Source of the DNA: Octopus vulgaris
Lineage: Eukaryota
Reading direction: 5' to 3'
Assembly (NCBI GenBank): GCA_951406725.2
Contig: OX597830.1
Location: forward strand, 74,710,001-74,774,000
Length of the DNA: 64,000 nt
This document shows, one piece after another, positions 12,233 to 27,958 of the stretch (positions within the stretch are counted from its first letter, which is position 1; each line of letters opens with the position of its first letter). The position numbers were made by a program, and so were the translations under genes. The notes below the pieces were generated by a model. The model was not told where the DNA came from and made no database searches. It worked only from the letters and a program-made list of their open reading frames with translations.

Positions 12233-12430
12233 TATTCTTTTATTCTCTTAGTTGTTTAATCGTTTGACTGCCACCATGCTGGAGCACCACATTTATTCGA
12301 CGGCAGGACTCCTTTTTTTGTAAGCGTAATACTTATTCTATGGGTCTCTTTTGCGTTAGCACTAAATTACGGGACGTAAACTCACCAACATCGGTTGTCA
12401 AGCGATGGTGGGAGGACAAACACAAACACA
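12233..12430 (-). mobile_element. SINE family A 3' half
   Basis: tttgactgccaccatgctggagcacc...gggacgtaaactcaccaacatcggttgtcaagcgatg matches 21270-21425. Confidence 0.85.
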
Positions 12431-12497
12431 CAAATGCATACACACATACATACACACACACATACTTACATACATATATAGATGTATGTGTGTGTAG

Positions 12498-12630
12498 TGC
12501 TTGTGCGGTAAGAAGCTTGCTTTCCAACCACATGGTTCGGGGTTCAGTCCCACTGTGTGGCACCTTGGGAAACTGTTTTCTACTATAACCTCAGGCAGTC
12601 TAAAGCCTTGTGAACGGAAAGAAGCCCGTC
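12498..12630 (+). mobile_element. SINE family A 5' half
   Basis: ggtaagaagcttgctttccaaccacatggttcggggttcagtcccactgtgtggcaccttgggaaact...gaaagaagcccgtc. Confidence 0.85.
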
Positions 12631-12678
12631 ATATATACATGCATACACATACACCCACCCCATATATATATATGTATG

Positions 12679-12716
<38 letters not shown>

Positions 12717-12739
12717 TATACATCTATATGTATAGACAC

Positions 12740-12773
<34 letters not shown>

Positions 12774-13247
12774 AACTAAGTGCTTTCGGAGAAACATAAG
12801 CATACCTCTTTTTCTCAGAATTTGTCTCTCTCTCTCTCCCTCTCTCTCACTCTTTACACCCACACAAACACACACACACACAAGCACACATACTCACACA
12901 TACATATTTATATACATATATATATATTTCTATATAAATATATGTGAGTGTGTTTGTCTACGTGTATGTAAGCATACATTGTTAGAAACCATGTTTTTTT
13001 TATATAGACACACACAGATACACACATATATGTATGTGTGTATGAAGCTATATATGTCTCTATGTATATATGTATGTATGTATATATTCGTATCTATATA
13101 GAAAAAAAAACGCGGTTGCTAACAATCTTGTCATCATTGCTCTAAAATGGCGGTTGATTGATCACCGTTTAAACTCAACGGAGTAACCACATGGTTGCAC
13201 AAGCGAACATTTTAGCGTATTTTCATCTTATTGATGATGCTACTGAC

Positions 13248-13339
<92 letters not shown>

Positions 13340-13353
13340 CGATGATGATGATG
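13248..13353. repeat. (GAT)n microsatellite
   Basis: Near-perfect GAT run. Confidence 0.97.
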
Positions 13354-13356
13354 ACG

Positions 13357-13545
13357 TCGTTTAGCCCCACGACAGCACTCACAGTACAACCGTTTGAACA
13401 AATGCTCTCCTACCTTGACCATCCCCTATTTTCTTCTTCTCTGCATATATTTCGAATATTGCCCAATGTAATATTGGATTTATTTGTATGACGTTGACAG
13501 CATTTTGCTGCTATTTCCAGCAGACTGATCTACTGTATAAAAGCA
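13357..13545 (-). mobile_element. Repeat family C, degenerate
   Basis: gtttagcccca...gaccatccc...ttgctgctatttccagcagactga corresponds in reverse to 57835-58055. Confidence 0.55.
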
Positions 13546-13947
13546 CTGCGAACAAAGAGAGATCACTCAATACAATGTATTGGAACTAACTTTTTATCTG
13601 AAAAGATACGCAAACTCTAATGTCAGTTTCTCTGAGTTTCATGTATTAATTGGTAACCAGTGCCACATTATCAGAGTAACCTTGATCACACAGCGTAGGA
13701 ATTTATCCTTCTCTTGGGAAGAAATTGCTTTCTAAATATGGATTCCAAATATATATGCAGCCAAATTTAGTTTGGTGAATTACTCGTTATTTTACCACGA
13801 GTAAGAAACCTGAAAACATGAAACTCGGAGTTTAACTAAAATATAATTTATAATACTTTGTATTACTTCATACACACATGCATACATACACACATACATG
13901 CATACACACATACATGCATATATACATACATGCATTTACACACACAC

Positions 13948-13990
<43 letters not shown>

Positions 13991-14038
13991 GCTATATATA
14001 TATATATATGTGTGCATTACTGAGTATGTGCGTACGTG

Positions 14039-14128
<90 letters not shown>

Positions 14129-14526
14129 GCGCGTGTGTATAATACGTATTATATCTGCAGTTTCATTCCCTGTCTGTGAAGCCGTCATGCCTTCTAATGA
14201 ATCAAAGCAACGGTGATCGCTATGACGTCGATGGCGCCAAAAACAAAAACAAAAAAATAAATAATATGAAGCATAAATACCAAACAAACCACATTACACA
14301 TCACACATCATTACCACCACTATCGGCACCACCACCACCACCACCGCCACCACCAACAACAACACTAACGCCAACACCACCACAACTACCACTGGCACCA
14401 CCAACACCACCACCACCACCACCACAACAATATTAATACGCATATCGATTGAAATTGACTTCAACCAATATCAGTAAGGAGAATATTTTCGAACAGGAAT
14501 TTTTGTTTTGATTTCCAGGTGAAGTC

Positions 14527-14597
<71 letters not shown>

Positions 14598-14627
14598 CAT
14601 GTGTGTGTGTGTGTGTGTGTGTATGTA

Positions 14628-14684
<57 letters not shown>

Positions 14685-15329
14685 AAATATATATATATAT
14701 ATATATATATAGGTACATGTATATGTATGTATATAGTTATGTATGTATGTATACATCTGCGTATATGCCCGTATGAATACGTATATGTTTGTGTGTGTGC
14801 GTGCGGCTGTGTGTATTTGGAGGAAATCTATAAAGTCTGCGATGCTTCCTGCAACATATGGAACCAAAACAGTCCGGCAGTTTGTTGATATGCAGTAGAA
14901 GCCGGAAGAATCGAAAATTCACATACCGTTTCTCGGTGTTATGTATATATGATTGCTGCCTTTGCCGAAGCTGCTGCCGTTAATGTTGTTGTTGTTGTTG
15001 TTCCTGGTATTGCGAGTGATCGTTTGCGGTGGTGAGGCTTCTACTGCCGTTGCGGATGGTTATGTTGTTGATTGCTAAATATTTGCGATTCTAAGCGTTG
15101 ATATGTATGTGTGTATGTATGTATGTATGTATGTATGTATGTATGTATGTATGTATGTATGTATGTATGTATACACATATGCGCGCACAAACATTTATAT
15201 ATATGTATATGTATGTGCGTGCGCGTTTTTGTGTGTATATATCCATATATGTATATATATATATATGCATATATATATATATACCTATATCTGTACAAGC
15301 ACACATACACGCACACACACACATACACT

Positions 15330-15369
<40 letters not shown>

Positions 15370-16037
15370 CATATAAGTTTGCGTATATGCATACGTCTAT
15401 TTATATATACATAGATATTTACATCTATATATATTTGCTTATATAAATACATACCTATTATGTATATATATATACACACATACGCACGCACACAGAAACT
15501 CTCGCTCTCACCCTCTCTCTTCTTCACACATACACACGCACACATATATGTAGAGCTGACAGTTTTTTCTAGTTACAATTAAAAAAATGAAGATTAAAAT
15601 GTAGAATTACTCAATGATTTTCAAGGCTAGCGGGCTGAAACTTCGAAGTCACTGTCAGCCCTACATATAACAATGTATGCGTGTGTATGCCTGTGGAAAA
15701 GATAGAGATTGTGGGTAAGAGAGTTTCTTTGTTTGTGTGCGTGTGCATATGCGTATATACATGTAAATATATACGCATATATACACGCACACGCACATAT
15801 ATATATATATATATGTATACGCATGATATACACAGACAAATATATGCGCATGCGTACACACACATATGTACATGGTTACAAATATGCTTGTATGCATATA
15901 CAATCATACACATATAATGCACATATATTATCATATGATGAGAATATGTGTTAACACTCCAAATCTTATTATACATACCATTTGGCGGAAATACAATGTT
16001 TTATATATATATATATATTTAAAAAAAATTTTTTTTG

Positions 16038-16085
16038 TACTTGTTTCAGTCATTTGACTGCGGCCATGCTGGAGCACCGCCTTTT
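16038..16085 (-). mobile_element. SINE family A 3' terminal fragment
   Basis: tacttgtttcagtcatttgactgcggccatgctggagcaccgcc is near-identical in reverse to 26197-26240. Confidence 0.85.
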
Positions 16086-16087
16086 AG

Positions 16088-16253
16088 AGTGGTGAAAGAG
16101 TACAGCAGGGATCACCACCATCCCCTGCCGGAGCCTCGTGGAGCTTTTAGGTGTTTTCGCTCAATAAACACACAACGCCCGGTCTGGGAATCGAAACCGT
16201 GATCCTCCGACCGCAAGTCCGCTGCCCTAACCACTGGGCCATTGCGCCTCCAC
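16088..16253 (-). mobile_element. tRNA-derived SINE family D (Arg-like head, V-domain-like segment), 3'-truncated
   Basis: Minus strand GGAGGCGCAA-TGGCCCAGTGG-TTAGGGCAGCGGACTTGCGGTCGGAGGATCAC-GGTTTCGATTCCC (A and B boxes), then gtgtgtttattgagcgaaaacacctaa. Confidence 0.85.
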
Positions 16254-17169
16254 ATATTATTATGTTTACAATATTTACAATGCTTATGGTGTGTATAAAT
16301 GGATGTATTTGTTTATTAACACATATTTGCATTACTATGTTTGTCTTTTGGGTATATGTAGTTGCTATTATGTTAAAATGTCGTATGTCGTATTTGGCCA
16401 AATGCGTATTTTTTTAATATTTAATTTTGCTTGCAATGACCGGTTCTTTTGGTCAAACTAGCGTATCTCCAGCTGATTCAAATGCCAAGATATCAAAAAT
16501 TGTGCAACGGTTTTGCTATGGAATGGTGAAACATTTTTTTCGTTTTCTGAAAAAGCAACGTTTTGGACTTACGACACTTCTGCTTAATAGCAACTCTATT
16601 TACATCTGTTAAGGTATATTTTGCAATGTAAATATGTATATATGCAGAGGTAATTCCCCCTTTAATATTGACTATATATTTGGATATATTTACAAATCTT
16701 ACGAAGCACAGACGCACAGATGTACTAATAAATGACACACACTTATAAAAACGGACACACATGTAAGGAAACAGATTAACAAGCATATATATATGTACAG
16801 ACAAAAATGCATACATGCACACATAAACGTACACATGGACACCCACAGAAGATGCATGCATCCATATACATATGAGCACATGCACATGTAGTTACATGTA
16901 GAGAAACACACACATGTCACCATAGGCAGATAAAGTATGCATAAATGGATCAATGTGTAAACACGTACTAATATAGAGTATTATAAAAACCCAGACATGT
17001 CTACTCACATATGGATTCGTACAAAGAAAAACTGCAGAAATATATACACAATAGTGTAGATGCACATATTCATATATATACACACACAAGCACACACACT
17101 CGCTCATACACACAGATATAATCACACAGGCGTACACACAGGTACTGATACAGCAAATATATACAGATA

Positions 17170-17284
17170 GGCGTAGGAGTGGTTGTGTGGTAAGTGTCTT
17201 CTACTATAGCCTCGGGCCGACCAAAGCCTTGTGAGTGGATTTGGTTGACGAAAACTGAAAGAAGCCAGTTGTATATATGTATAA

Positions 17285-17327
<43 letters not shown>

Positions 17328-17527
17328 CGTGTGTGTGTTTGTCCCCCCCCAACATCGCTTGACAACCGATGCTGGTGTGTTTACGTCCCCGTAACATTAG
17401 CGGTTCGGGAAAGGGGCCCGATTAAATAAGTCCTGGGATCGATTTGCTCGACTAAAGACGGTACTTCAGCATGGCCACAGTCAAATGACTGAACAAGTAA
17501 AAGAGTAAAAAAGTAAAGAGTAAAGAG
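17170..17527 (+). mobile_element. SINE family A with internal deletion removing the B-box
   Basis: ggcgtaggagtggttgtgtggtAAGTgtcttctact: the head is joined to the core at the AAGT microhomology. Internal (TA)n and the (AAAGAGT)n tail are present. Confidence 0.92.
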
Positions 17528-17549
17528 TATACACCAAACAATCTTCGTC

Positions 17550-17792
17550 ACCTCTCCGAGCTTACTAAAAATAGCAGTTAAATATCAATCCACTCTCTTA
17601 AAAACGGAAGGACGCTTTATATAATGTAGAATCGCATACACTAAGTCTGAAAAGAAACAAATATATAGATAAGTAAATAAATAAATAGAGAAAACGATCA
17701 AGGTTTGAATAAGCTTTTGATCATAAGTATGCTCAGTATGCGCAATAATATCTAACCTAGGGCTAAAGAAAAACAACAACAACAACAACAAC
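17550..17792 (+). mobile_element. Repeat family C
   Basis: ctaaaaatagcagttaaat...cttttgatcataagtatgctc...acctagggctaaa followed by (AAC)n. Confidence 0.6.
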
Positions 17793-18192
17793 AAGCCTAT
17801 ATACTTAACCTAATATCTGAATATCAGAATACAATAAGCCAGGTAACCATTCAACAAATATCAACAAACACAGAGACTGATCATGCGTACCATAAATTCA
17901 ATATGAATTTCCATTTGAGACCATAGCAATGTCATTTTTAACAGACATGCATAAATAATGAAGCAAACCGGAAGCATATGGTTATATAACGCTCGATCTA
18001 TGTACATCACACAACTCTTAGATGGACATAAAACTCTCTTATTTAATACGGTAAAACAGAGCTCCCCATCACCAACATCGCCATCACCATCACCACCATC
18101 CAGCCTCCCGTTCACGTCGCCTCGTCAAGTAAATGTATAGCGTTCCGCCATTGCTCGAAAATCACTATTGTGAATCCTTACAATAGTTTCCA

Positions 18193-18275
<83 letters not shown>

Positions 18276-18492
18276 AATGTATGTATGTATGTATGCATGT
18301 ATTTATGTATGTATGTATGCGTGTGTGTGTGTACATGCGTACGTAAGTAGGTATGTGTATATACATATGAGTGAAAATAGTCTAGTTTGTCAACGAAAGA
18401 GGAAGAAAGCACTCAATACATTTTATGAGTGTATTATTTAGGAAATTCTTGTAACTTGAGTTTCACGCGAATGCGATCTATAGGCGTGTTTA

Positions 18493-18549
<57 letters not shown>

Positions 18550-18643
18550 TTATGCGTATACGTATTCATGGATATGTGTCTGTCTATTTATCTATGTGAC
18601 CGTATATATGTGTATGTATGTATCTATGTAGCTATATTTATTG

Positions 18644-18691
<48 letters not shown>

Positions 18692-19612
18692 GAAGGCTTG
18701 TATGTAATGTTTTCATATGTGTGTGTGTGTACGGGTGCATGTGCATGTATGCATTTACATATAAACGGTGATTGGTCACGGTTGGAGTGTCGTTGATCTT
18801 AAAGTAGACGGAATGCCTTTGATCATAGCTCTGCGCCAATCAGAGCTGAACTGCGGACTAAACAACTGCATCAAGAGCAACATCAACGACAACAACGCCA
18901 ACACCAACATTATAATATCACTAATCCAGTATTGATCTTAGTTCTATTTCGTGCTTGTTGCATATCTTCAGAATGGAGCTAATATTATTTTATATGCTGT
19001 TTCACCCCGGGTCATTTCTGATGATGAAGTGTGCATGAAAATGGAAAGCCTTCCAGGCATGACCGTCCCGTTATTTTAAGAGTTTGAGTTTAAGATTTAA
19101 TTATGCAATGCTCCGTTATCTTTACCTTCCATTTGCCCATGATTGCATTGAGTGGTTTTTAGATGTGAGGCACGTAGCTTCTATTTCTAGCACGTCATAT
19201 GACAATCCAGAACTGTCTCGTTTTGAGCTGGCTGATAAAAATGGACGGCTCATATTTAAGATTAAAATTTATTGAAGGACAATAACTACAATACCTACAT
19301 GTGTGTGGGTAAATACATATATCTGTGTACGTGTGCGTATTTATGCTCACATACATACATACATACATACATACATACATACATACATACATACATACAT
19401 ACATACATACGTACATATACTCACGCACGCACACTCACATATATCATCTTGAGGAGAACCACACGTCATGAATAACAATGCCACAGTACAAGTCACTGCT
19501 TTATACATTATATGGAAGACATGATTAACACAAAGCTAAACTAAGCTTACAAGAAACATAACACAACATAATATAAACTACATTAGATCATAGTGATTTA
19601 CGAGTTTGTGAC

Positions 19613-19646
<34 letters not shown>

Positions 19647-19851
19647 GCGACGACGACGACAACGACAGCGTGTACGACCGCGATAGTGAAGACTAAGATG
19701 GCGGCGATTTCAGTATTGAAGAAAAAAAAGCGACTGATACGGAAACAAATATGTGACGGAGAAGATGATGATGATGGTGATGGGGACAGTTTGTTAAAAA
19801 AAAAAAAGTAGTTGAGCTTTTTAGAATAATTAATTAAAGATAAATATAATT

Positions 19852-20200
19852 GTTTCAAGCTTTAATACAAAGCTAGCAATTTTGAGGAGCAGGATGAATT
19901 GTTTACAGTGGTGGTAAATAGATTACATCGATCCCAATGCTTTATTTTATCGACCCAGAAAAAACACACTCGGTCTAGCAGAATTTGAACTCAAAACGTA
20001 AAGCCCCCATAGGAAACGCCACTATTTATTTTGTCCGATACGTAAAGGGTTCAACCAGCACGCCCCCGTCCATTTTATTATTGATGAATACCTACAATAG
20101 GCACAATACCAGTAAATTTTAGGGAGGTGTCCCATCAATTACATTGACTGTATTATTATGTTGGTTATTATTTTATCGGCCCCGAAATAATGGAAAACGC
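19852..20200 (-). mobile_element. Two tandem degenerate SINE family B copies
   Basis: gattacatcgatcccaatg...ttttatcgacccagaaa...gaatttgaactcaaaacgtaaag, then a second attacattgac...ttttatcggccccgaaa. Confidence 0.7.
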
Positions 20201-20227
20201 TGGGCTACTTTCAATGCAGGACATAAA

Positions 20228-20592
20228 GTAAAGGGTACAGGTAAAGGCCCCCTTCGGTCATGTAGGACCATGAGATTGCACCTAGAAAGTTACCATCCGA
20301 GGCAAAAGTCCGGGTGAAGTTTTTTTTTTTTTTTTTTCGTGGAAGACCCATTGTCACCCATGCATACCATCGTCCCCTATTCACGCCATTGATGTTATCC
20401 AAGGGAATGGTAAAGACTGATGCAGCTTGGTACCAATAAATTCTCAACTTCTTTCTATAACTGAGTGAACTAGAGCAACGTAAATTAGAGTGTCTGTTTC
20501 AAGAATATACCACACAGCCAATTCCGAGAATCGAACTCACTACCTCATGATTGTGAGCCCGATGCTCTAACTACTGAGCTATGCGTTTTCCC
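20228..20592 (-). mobile_element. tRNA-derived SINE family E (V-domain-like), near full length
   Basis: Minus strand A-box TAGCTCAGTAG, B-box GAGTTCGATTCT, then ttcttgaaacagacact...cgttgctctagttcactcag. The tail ends in CCTTTA-like repeats. Degenerate relatives near 7545-7680 and 34405-34500. Confidence 0.8.
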
Positions 20593-21236
20593 CAGAGAAA
20601 TGGAATAATAAAACCACTAGGCCATATATCAGATGCCCTAACGATTCTGGTAATTCACAGTCGTCTCCAAAATATAACGCATGTTTGGCTCATTACAATT
20701 GTTAAAGCTACATTGGCGAGAAAGTAGTAAAAACATGTTACAGATTTTGGGGTTCATCATCCCCACCACCACCACCACCACCACCGCCACCAAATCCACT
20801 TCCCTTAAAAAAACCCAACAAACATACAAATAAGAATTTAGAAAGGAGGGGCAGTGACATCCGTTTAACAGATGCAGCAGGCTCTAGATGTGTCCTGCTG
20901 TTAGCCGCACTTGAGAAGGATTGTCCCGTGACTTGCAAACAATTGGCCCCCAGGAAAAATTTTTTATCCCTTTATCTACTTTGACTGCTGCCCCTACTGA
21001 GACTATCCCTCTCTTGCCCACCCCTAGTCTAACTGCCGACATTTGGAACAGCTTGCTAAAGTGCCTTAACATAGGGAAATAAGAGAGTGCCACATAAACA
21101 CGCCAAGTGGGATCATCTTTAAAAAACGTGTAAAACAGCATTTTTTTCAGGTCTTTCATTTCACTTGAGAGCTCTGATTTATTTATATGTATGTACGTAT
21201 GCCTGTATGTATATATGTATGTATGCATGTATCTAT

Positions 21237-21636
21237 CTCTTTACTCTTTTACTCTTTTACTTGTTTCAGTCATTTGACTGCGGCCACGCTGGAGCAACTC
21301 GACCTCGGGACTTATTCTTTTCTAAGCCCAGTACTTATTCTATCGGTCTCTTTTGCCGAACCGCTAAGTGACGGGGACGTAAACACACCAGCATCGGTTG
21401 TCAAGCAATGCTAGGGGGACAAACACAGACAAACAAACGCATACACACACACTTATATACATACACATATATACGACAGGCTTCTTTCAGTTTCCGTCTA
21501 CCAAATTCACTCACAAGGCATTGGTCGGCCCGGGGCTATATCAGAAGACACTTGCCCAAGATGCCACGCAGTGGGACTGAACCTGGATCCATGTGGTTGG
21601 TAAGCAAGCTACTTACCACACAGCCACTCCTGCGCC
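21237..21636 (-). mobile_element. SINE family A, full length
   Basis: Head GGCGCAGGAGTGGCTGTGTGG, B-box GGTTCAGTCCC, CORE-like GGCATCTTGGGCAAGTGTCTT, internal microsatellite and (AAAAGAGT)n tail. Confidence 0.95.
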
Positions 21637-21918
21637 TACATGTAGGCATTCATAGTTTTACGTATACGTGTCTGTGTACATGTGTACGTATGTATGAATA
21701 TGTATTGTATATGTTTCTATGTATGCGTGTATACATGATTATATCTCTATAAGTTTATTCGTATGTGGTTGTGTATGTGTATGTTAACGCAATGTGCGTC
21801 AGTTTTGCATGTTGGCATTAGCATGGTTTAGCGTACATACTACACACACGTACACACACACGTATATGTACGTATATTTACGCTTCTTAACATACATATA
21901 TAATAAAATAATAAACAT

Positions 21919-21982
21919 GCCGTTTTAAAGCCTAGCCAGGCTCACGGGCCTGGTTTCCTGGTTTCCATGGCGTATGTGTGAC
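21919..21982 (-). mobile_element. Probable SINE 3' tail fragment
   Basis: Minus strand catacgccatggaaaccaggaaaccaggcccgtgagcctggctaggctttaaa resembles V-SINE-type tails. There is no second copy in the window. Confidence 0.4.
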
Positions 21983-22422
21983 CCATGTTAGATTGAGTAG
22001 GCCACGTACGCACAGCCCAAAGATTACTTGTAGAAAAAAGCACAAAAACCTGCCTAGACACGCGCCTCCAACGCAAGAAACTGGTAGTGGCTCATATCTT
22101 TATAATGTGTACATTAAATAATAAATTATATATTGTATATTAAACATACATACATACATACATACATACATACATACATACATACATACAACCTTCGTAA
22201 CGTGGAGTAGATGAAATTAAGGCGACTGAAGAAGGGGAATTTTCCTTGTTTTGTATGTCCTGTACTCTATTTTTTCGTTGTTTTGTTGGGTTTGTGTTTA
22301 TGTTTTCGTTTCTCATTGTGTTCGACGTTTTTTTTTGGTGTCCTGTACCCATATATGCATGTATATATACATGTAGAGGTAGGTACATATATGTATGTAT
22401 ATATGCTTATATTTTATTTATT

Positions 22423-22458
<36 letters not shown>

Positions 22459-23101
22459 GAACGTTCACAAAGTCAGAAATATATACAGACTGCAAGTATA
22501 CGGGGAATATTGGACGATCAACTTCTATTCAGAATGCATTGGTGAACTCAAAACTGAACGGCTGTAGATGCTGTACACAAAACCCTGTGCCATGCGCAAT
22601 AGGAAATAAAGAGGACCACGTGGTTGCGAAGGAAACCCCTTCAACCTCTCAGGCAGTCATGCCCCAAAGATTTCTGATAATTATTAAGAAGAGTCTGTTT
22701 TTAAATTAGTATTTAGAACTGAATGAGAAATAATTTATAACGTGGTCGAAAGTGATCTGTGTTGAAATAACAAATAGTTTTCCACCGCCAGAAAAAAAAA
22801 AAAAAAAAAAAAAACAGTAAGGAAAAAGAAAGAAAGGAAATAACCATTAATATGCTTCTATATGGTCTTTCAACCTGCTAAAAATTGCAGTTAAATTCTT
22901 CTGCAGATTAATCTTCAAAACTACCGATCGAAAAAAAGCTAAAACAGCAACAAAACTGTACCGCGCTGATAACGTAAAGTTAGATAAACATCATATCAGT
23001 TTTAAAGCAAAATAACAACAACAATAACAACAACAACAACAACAACAGTAATAATAATAATAATGGTGATGATAATAATGATGATGATGATGATGATGAT
23101 G

Positions 23102-23137
<36 letters not shown>

Positions 23138-23158
23138 GCATGAACTGCTCTCTCACTC

Positions 23159-23193
<35 letters not shown>

Positions 23194-23825
23194 GACCGGC
23201 ACGATGGTCTTGGTGAAACAATTCTTTGATCAAAGGTTTAGGTGATAGTCGACCTGGGGTTAAACAAAGATTGTAAACAACAACAACAACAACAACAACA
23301 ATAACAAAACAAGCAGGCATTGGTGAACGTCATTAATGCATTGCGAGGTCGCCATGATAGCAGTGGTAGTAAAAAAAATAAATAAATAAAATAAAAATTT
23401 AAAAAATAAAGCAACAACAACAACAACAACAGCAGACAAATAAATAAATAAACACAGCACAGCTGCAATTGATAAATATATCATTAAAGGATATTTGAGC
23501 TTCTGCAGTCAGTCAGACAGTCGTTAAGAGAAAATATCACATAGACCCACACGGGGTATGCACACATACGCACATACATACAGACACAGACACACACACA
23601 CAGACACATGCACACACACACACAAACAGACACGGATGCGTGAGCGCAGACATACGAAGTCACAGACATATATCTTTATTTAGGCATGTGAACGTATGTA
23701 TATGGATGTGTATACATAAATATATATATATATATATATATATATCTATGCACACACACACAGGCATACGCACATACACACACAGAGAGGATCGCAAATA
23801 TATATCTTTCTATGTATGCATAGAC

Positions 23826-23912
<87 letters not shown>

Positions 23913-24026
23913 TTTGTGTACATGTGTGTGTGTGTGTATATCTATATGGATATATATATATAATTCTGTATGTATGACTGTGCACTTATACATAATTATC
24001 TGCATTTGTATATATGCATGTGTGTG

Positions 24027-24082
<56 letters not shown>

Positions 24083-24084
24083 TA

Positions 24085-24149
<65 letters not shown>

Positions 24150-24493
24150 GAATATATGTATGTGTGTACTTATGTATATACGTATTTGTGTATGTTGTGT
24201 GTTTGCTTGTGATATGAGTGTGTATATTGTAAACACCCCCCCACCCCAAAAAAAAAGAAACAAATTTACAAAATCACTGAATGGATATGAGATAGTTAAA
24301 TAAATAGAAAGCTGTTGGCTGTTGGCCGTTTGAATGTAAATATTGTACGAGCTGCTATGTAAAAAAAGAAAAGAAAAACATAACAAACAAAAAATATGCA
24401 ATAATACAAACAAACAAACCTAAACCAAAAAAAAAAAAAAAAAAGAAGCCAAAAATTCGTTAAATCCATATAGAATATACGCCATTTTCTCGA

Positions 24494-24537
<44 letters not shown>

Positions 24538-24812
24538 TGAAGTAAATGGAGTATAAATTTATATGTGTATATATATATATATATATATGTGTATGTGTGT
24601 GTGTGTGTGTATATATGTATATATGTAATGTATATGCACACATACAAATATGCATGCAAGCATATATATATACATACACACCCATGGACACACACAAACA
24701 TCCTTACACAAACATCCTTGTTAATTATCAATTTCTAAGTTTCTGTAAGTTAACCTAGCTAAGACGATGTAGCAGCGCCGCCCACAAATTCTGCATTTCC
24801 ACGTCTGTAATG

Positions 24813-24844
<32 letters not shown>

Positions 24845-24852
24845 TATACATG

Positions 24853-24909
<57 letters not shown>

Positions 24910-25130
24910 ATATATATACATGTATATATATACATATATATACATATATGTCTGTATATATGTATGTATATGTATATTATGTATATGATAATATGTAGAC
25001 AAATATCCGTATAAACTAAGATTGGTGCTATATTACAGAATTTAAGAAGTTTACATGTATTAAGTTATTATTTTACGCATTGGCAGATTCGTAGAATTTA
25101 CATACATAGACATATACAGACACAGATGAT

Positions 25131-25253
<123 letters not shown>

Positions 25254-25842
25254 CAGAGATATAGATAGACCATAGGTAGATTGTGTTGTTCATATGCTAG
25301 TATGTATATAAACATGGCTATAATCTTATACATTTGTGTATATTCCCATATGGGTGTGCTTGTATATTTATGAGACAGCATTTAAAAACATGTGCGCGCA
25401 AAGAGCTAAAAATGCTACTCTTCCGTGTATTACACACGCAGACACACACACACACACACACAGACACACACACACACACAGACACACATGCACATAAGCA
25501 TACACGAGTTTGTGTTCAAATATATATGAGCGCGTGCGTGTGTTGAGTGTGAATACGTGTGTACAAGAACATGCGCAGAGAGAGGTACGTACGCCCTGGG
25601 GATAAAATAATTAGATAATATGCATTTGAATACTAACACATGCCTACAGACGCACACATGCACACATACACATTGAAAGATATACAGATACTATGTATGT
25701 GTAAATGTGAGCATTATGTATTATATAAATATTGTATATATATGAATGTATGTAAGTACAAAATACATATTCTCTCTATATATATGAAACACACACGCAC
25801 AAACACACAAACATATATACATACATACATAATACATACATA

Positions 25843-26255
25843 GGCGCAGGAATGGATGTGTGGTAAGTAGCTTGTTTACCAACCACATGGTTCAGGGTTC
25901 AGTCCCTCTGCGTGGCACCTTGGGCAAGTGTCTTCTACTATAGCCTCGGGCCGACCAAAGCCTTGTGAGTGGATTTGGTTGACGGAGACTGAAAGAAGCC
26001 CGTCGTATGTATGTATATATATATATATATATGCGCGTGTGTGTTTGTGTATCTGTGTTTGTCCCCCTAGCATTGCTTGACAACCGATGCTGGTGTGTTT
26101 ATGTGCCCGTTACTTAGTGGTTCCGCAAATGAAAACCGATAGAATAAGTACTGGGCTTACAAAAGAATAAGTCCCGGGGTCGATTTGCTCGATTAAAGGC
26201 GGTGCTCCAGCATGGCCGCAGTCAAATGACTGAAACTAATGAAAGAGTAAAAGAG
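25843..26255 (+). mobile_element. SINE family A, full length
   Basis: Colinear with 29290-29751 and with 21237-21636 in reverse. Confidence 0.95.
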
Positions 26256-26260
26256 TATAT

Positions 26261-26338
<78 letters not shown>

Positions 26339-26619
26339 GTTTGTATGTACGCATGTGTGTTTGTTTGTATATCCGAATGTGTGACTCAGAATTTTTACGA
26401 GGCAAAAAATTTTGAAGATTCCCCTTGTTTGCCTTTATAACAACGAAAACTTCGAAGTCACTGGCAACGTATTTTTTTCAAGTGTCAATAAATATTTACT
26501 TTCACCTCTACTATAAAAAATTGTTGAGCAATTCTGGGGTTTAATGTCAAATTGTTCTGCTATATAACCTAACACACACACACACAAACAAAAATTGATA
26601 AACCGACAGATTAATAGAT

Positions 26620-26822
<203 letters not shown>

Positions 26823-27193
26823 GGTGGTGTTAAGCGTCAGAAAAGCCTTAAGTGTTAGCATCGAGATAATTCACATCTATTCGTTTTTTCCGCCTTTATG
26901 ACACCCTATCCATTCCCCCTCTGTTCGTTCGCAATACTTTTTCTGATTCCTTCCCTTTTTCCTCTCTCTATACTAGTTTATTTCTCTGCCTTACACTTTC
27001 CCTCTCTGCCTCTCATCTTCCCTATTATTATTTCTACAACTCCGTGATTCTCTCTTCCTCTTTTTTTGCTCACTTTCTTCCCATTTTCTCTCTCTCCCAT
27101 TCTTATTCTTTCTCTCTCAATCTTCTGCGTTTTCTCCCTATGTTATTCTACAAACCTATTGAAAGCTATCATTAAATACTCACCAAGCAAGCG

Positions 27194-27240
<47 letters not shown>

Positions 27241-27506
27241 TTATTTTTCTTTTCGCTTCCTCACACACATCGTTGATATCCAGACTGTTTATGTTGAAAG
27301 GCAGGTGAATTTTTCAGACTAACAATAAAATTAACAGATCATCAAACACACACACACACGCACACACACTCACACACGCGGATACGTACATATAGTGATA
27401 AAAACACACACAGACACACACACAAACACATAAACACACACAAAGTAAAAGAAGCAAACATACACACAAACACACATTCAAATCTGCTTTCATATGTATA
27501 TGTGTG

Positions 27507-27567
<61 letters not shown>

Positions 27568-27647
27568 ATATAACAATTGTGTATTTATGTGCATATATGT
27601 ATATATATGCGTGAGTGAATACGTATAAGTATAATATATCTAATTGA

Positions 27648-27696
<49 letters not shown>

Positions 27697-27889
27697 TATA
27701 TATATAAGAGAACGTTATTCCTAAAAATAGTAACGTCAGTGCCCTCAAGCGTAATAGCCGTACAAGGAAAATTAATTACGTATCAGGTATATAATGTTAT
27801 ACATATATATATACCTCAGTACTACATATGCGCCTGGTTCGCTAAAAATAGAAGTCAAAATATTCCTAACCTACTGAAGAATCACTGAA

Positions 27890-27958
<69 letters not shown>

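Noticed and set aside
14927-15090. Minus-strand exon-like segment with donor ACG|GTATGT
   Set aside because: There are stops in all frames from the plausible acceptors, and the sequence is largely degenerate CAA/CAG repeat.
21408-21752. Recurring peptides such as RASFSFRLPNSLTRHWSARGY and QIHSQGFGRPEAIVEDTC that look like a gene family
   Set aside because: They are translations of SINE family A, which is non-coding and has a tRNA-type promoter.
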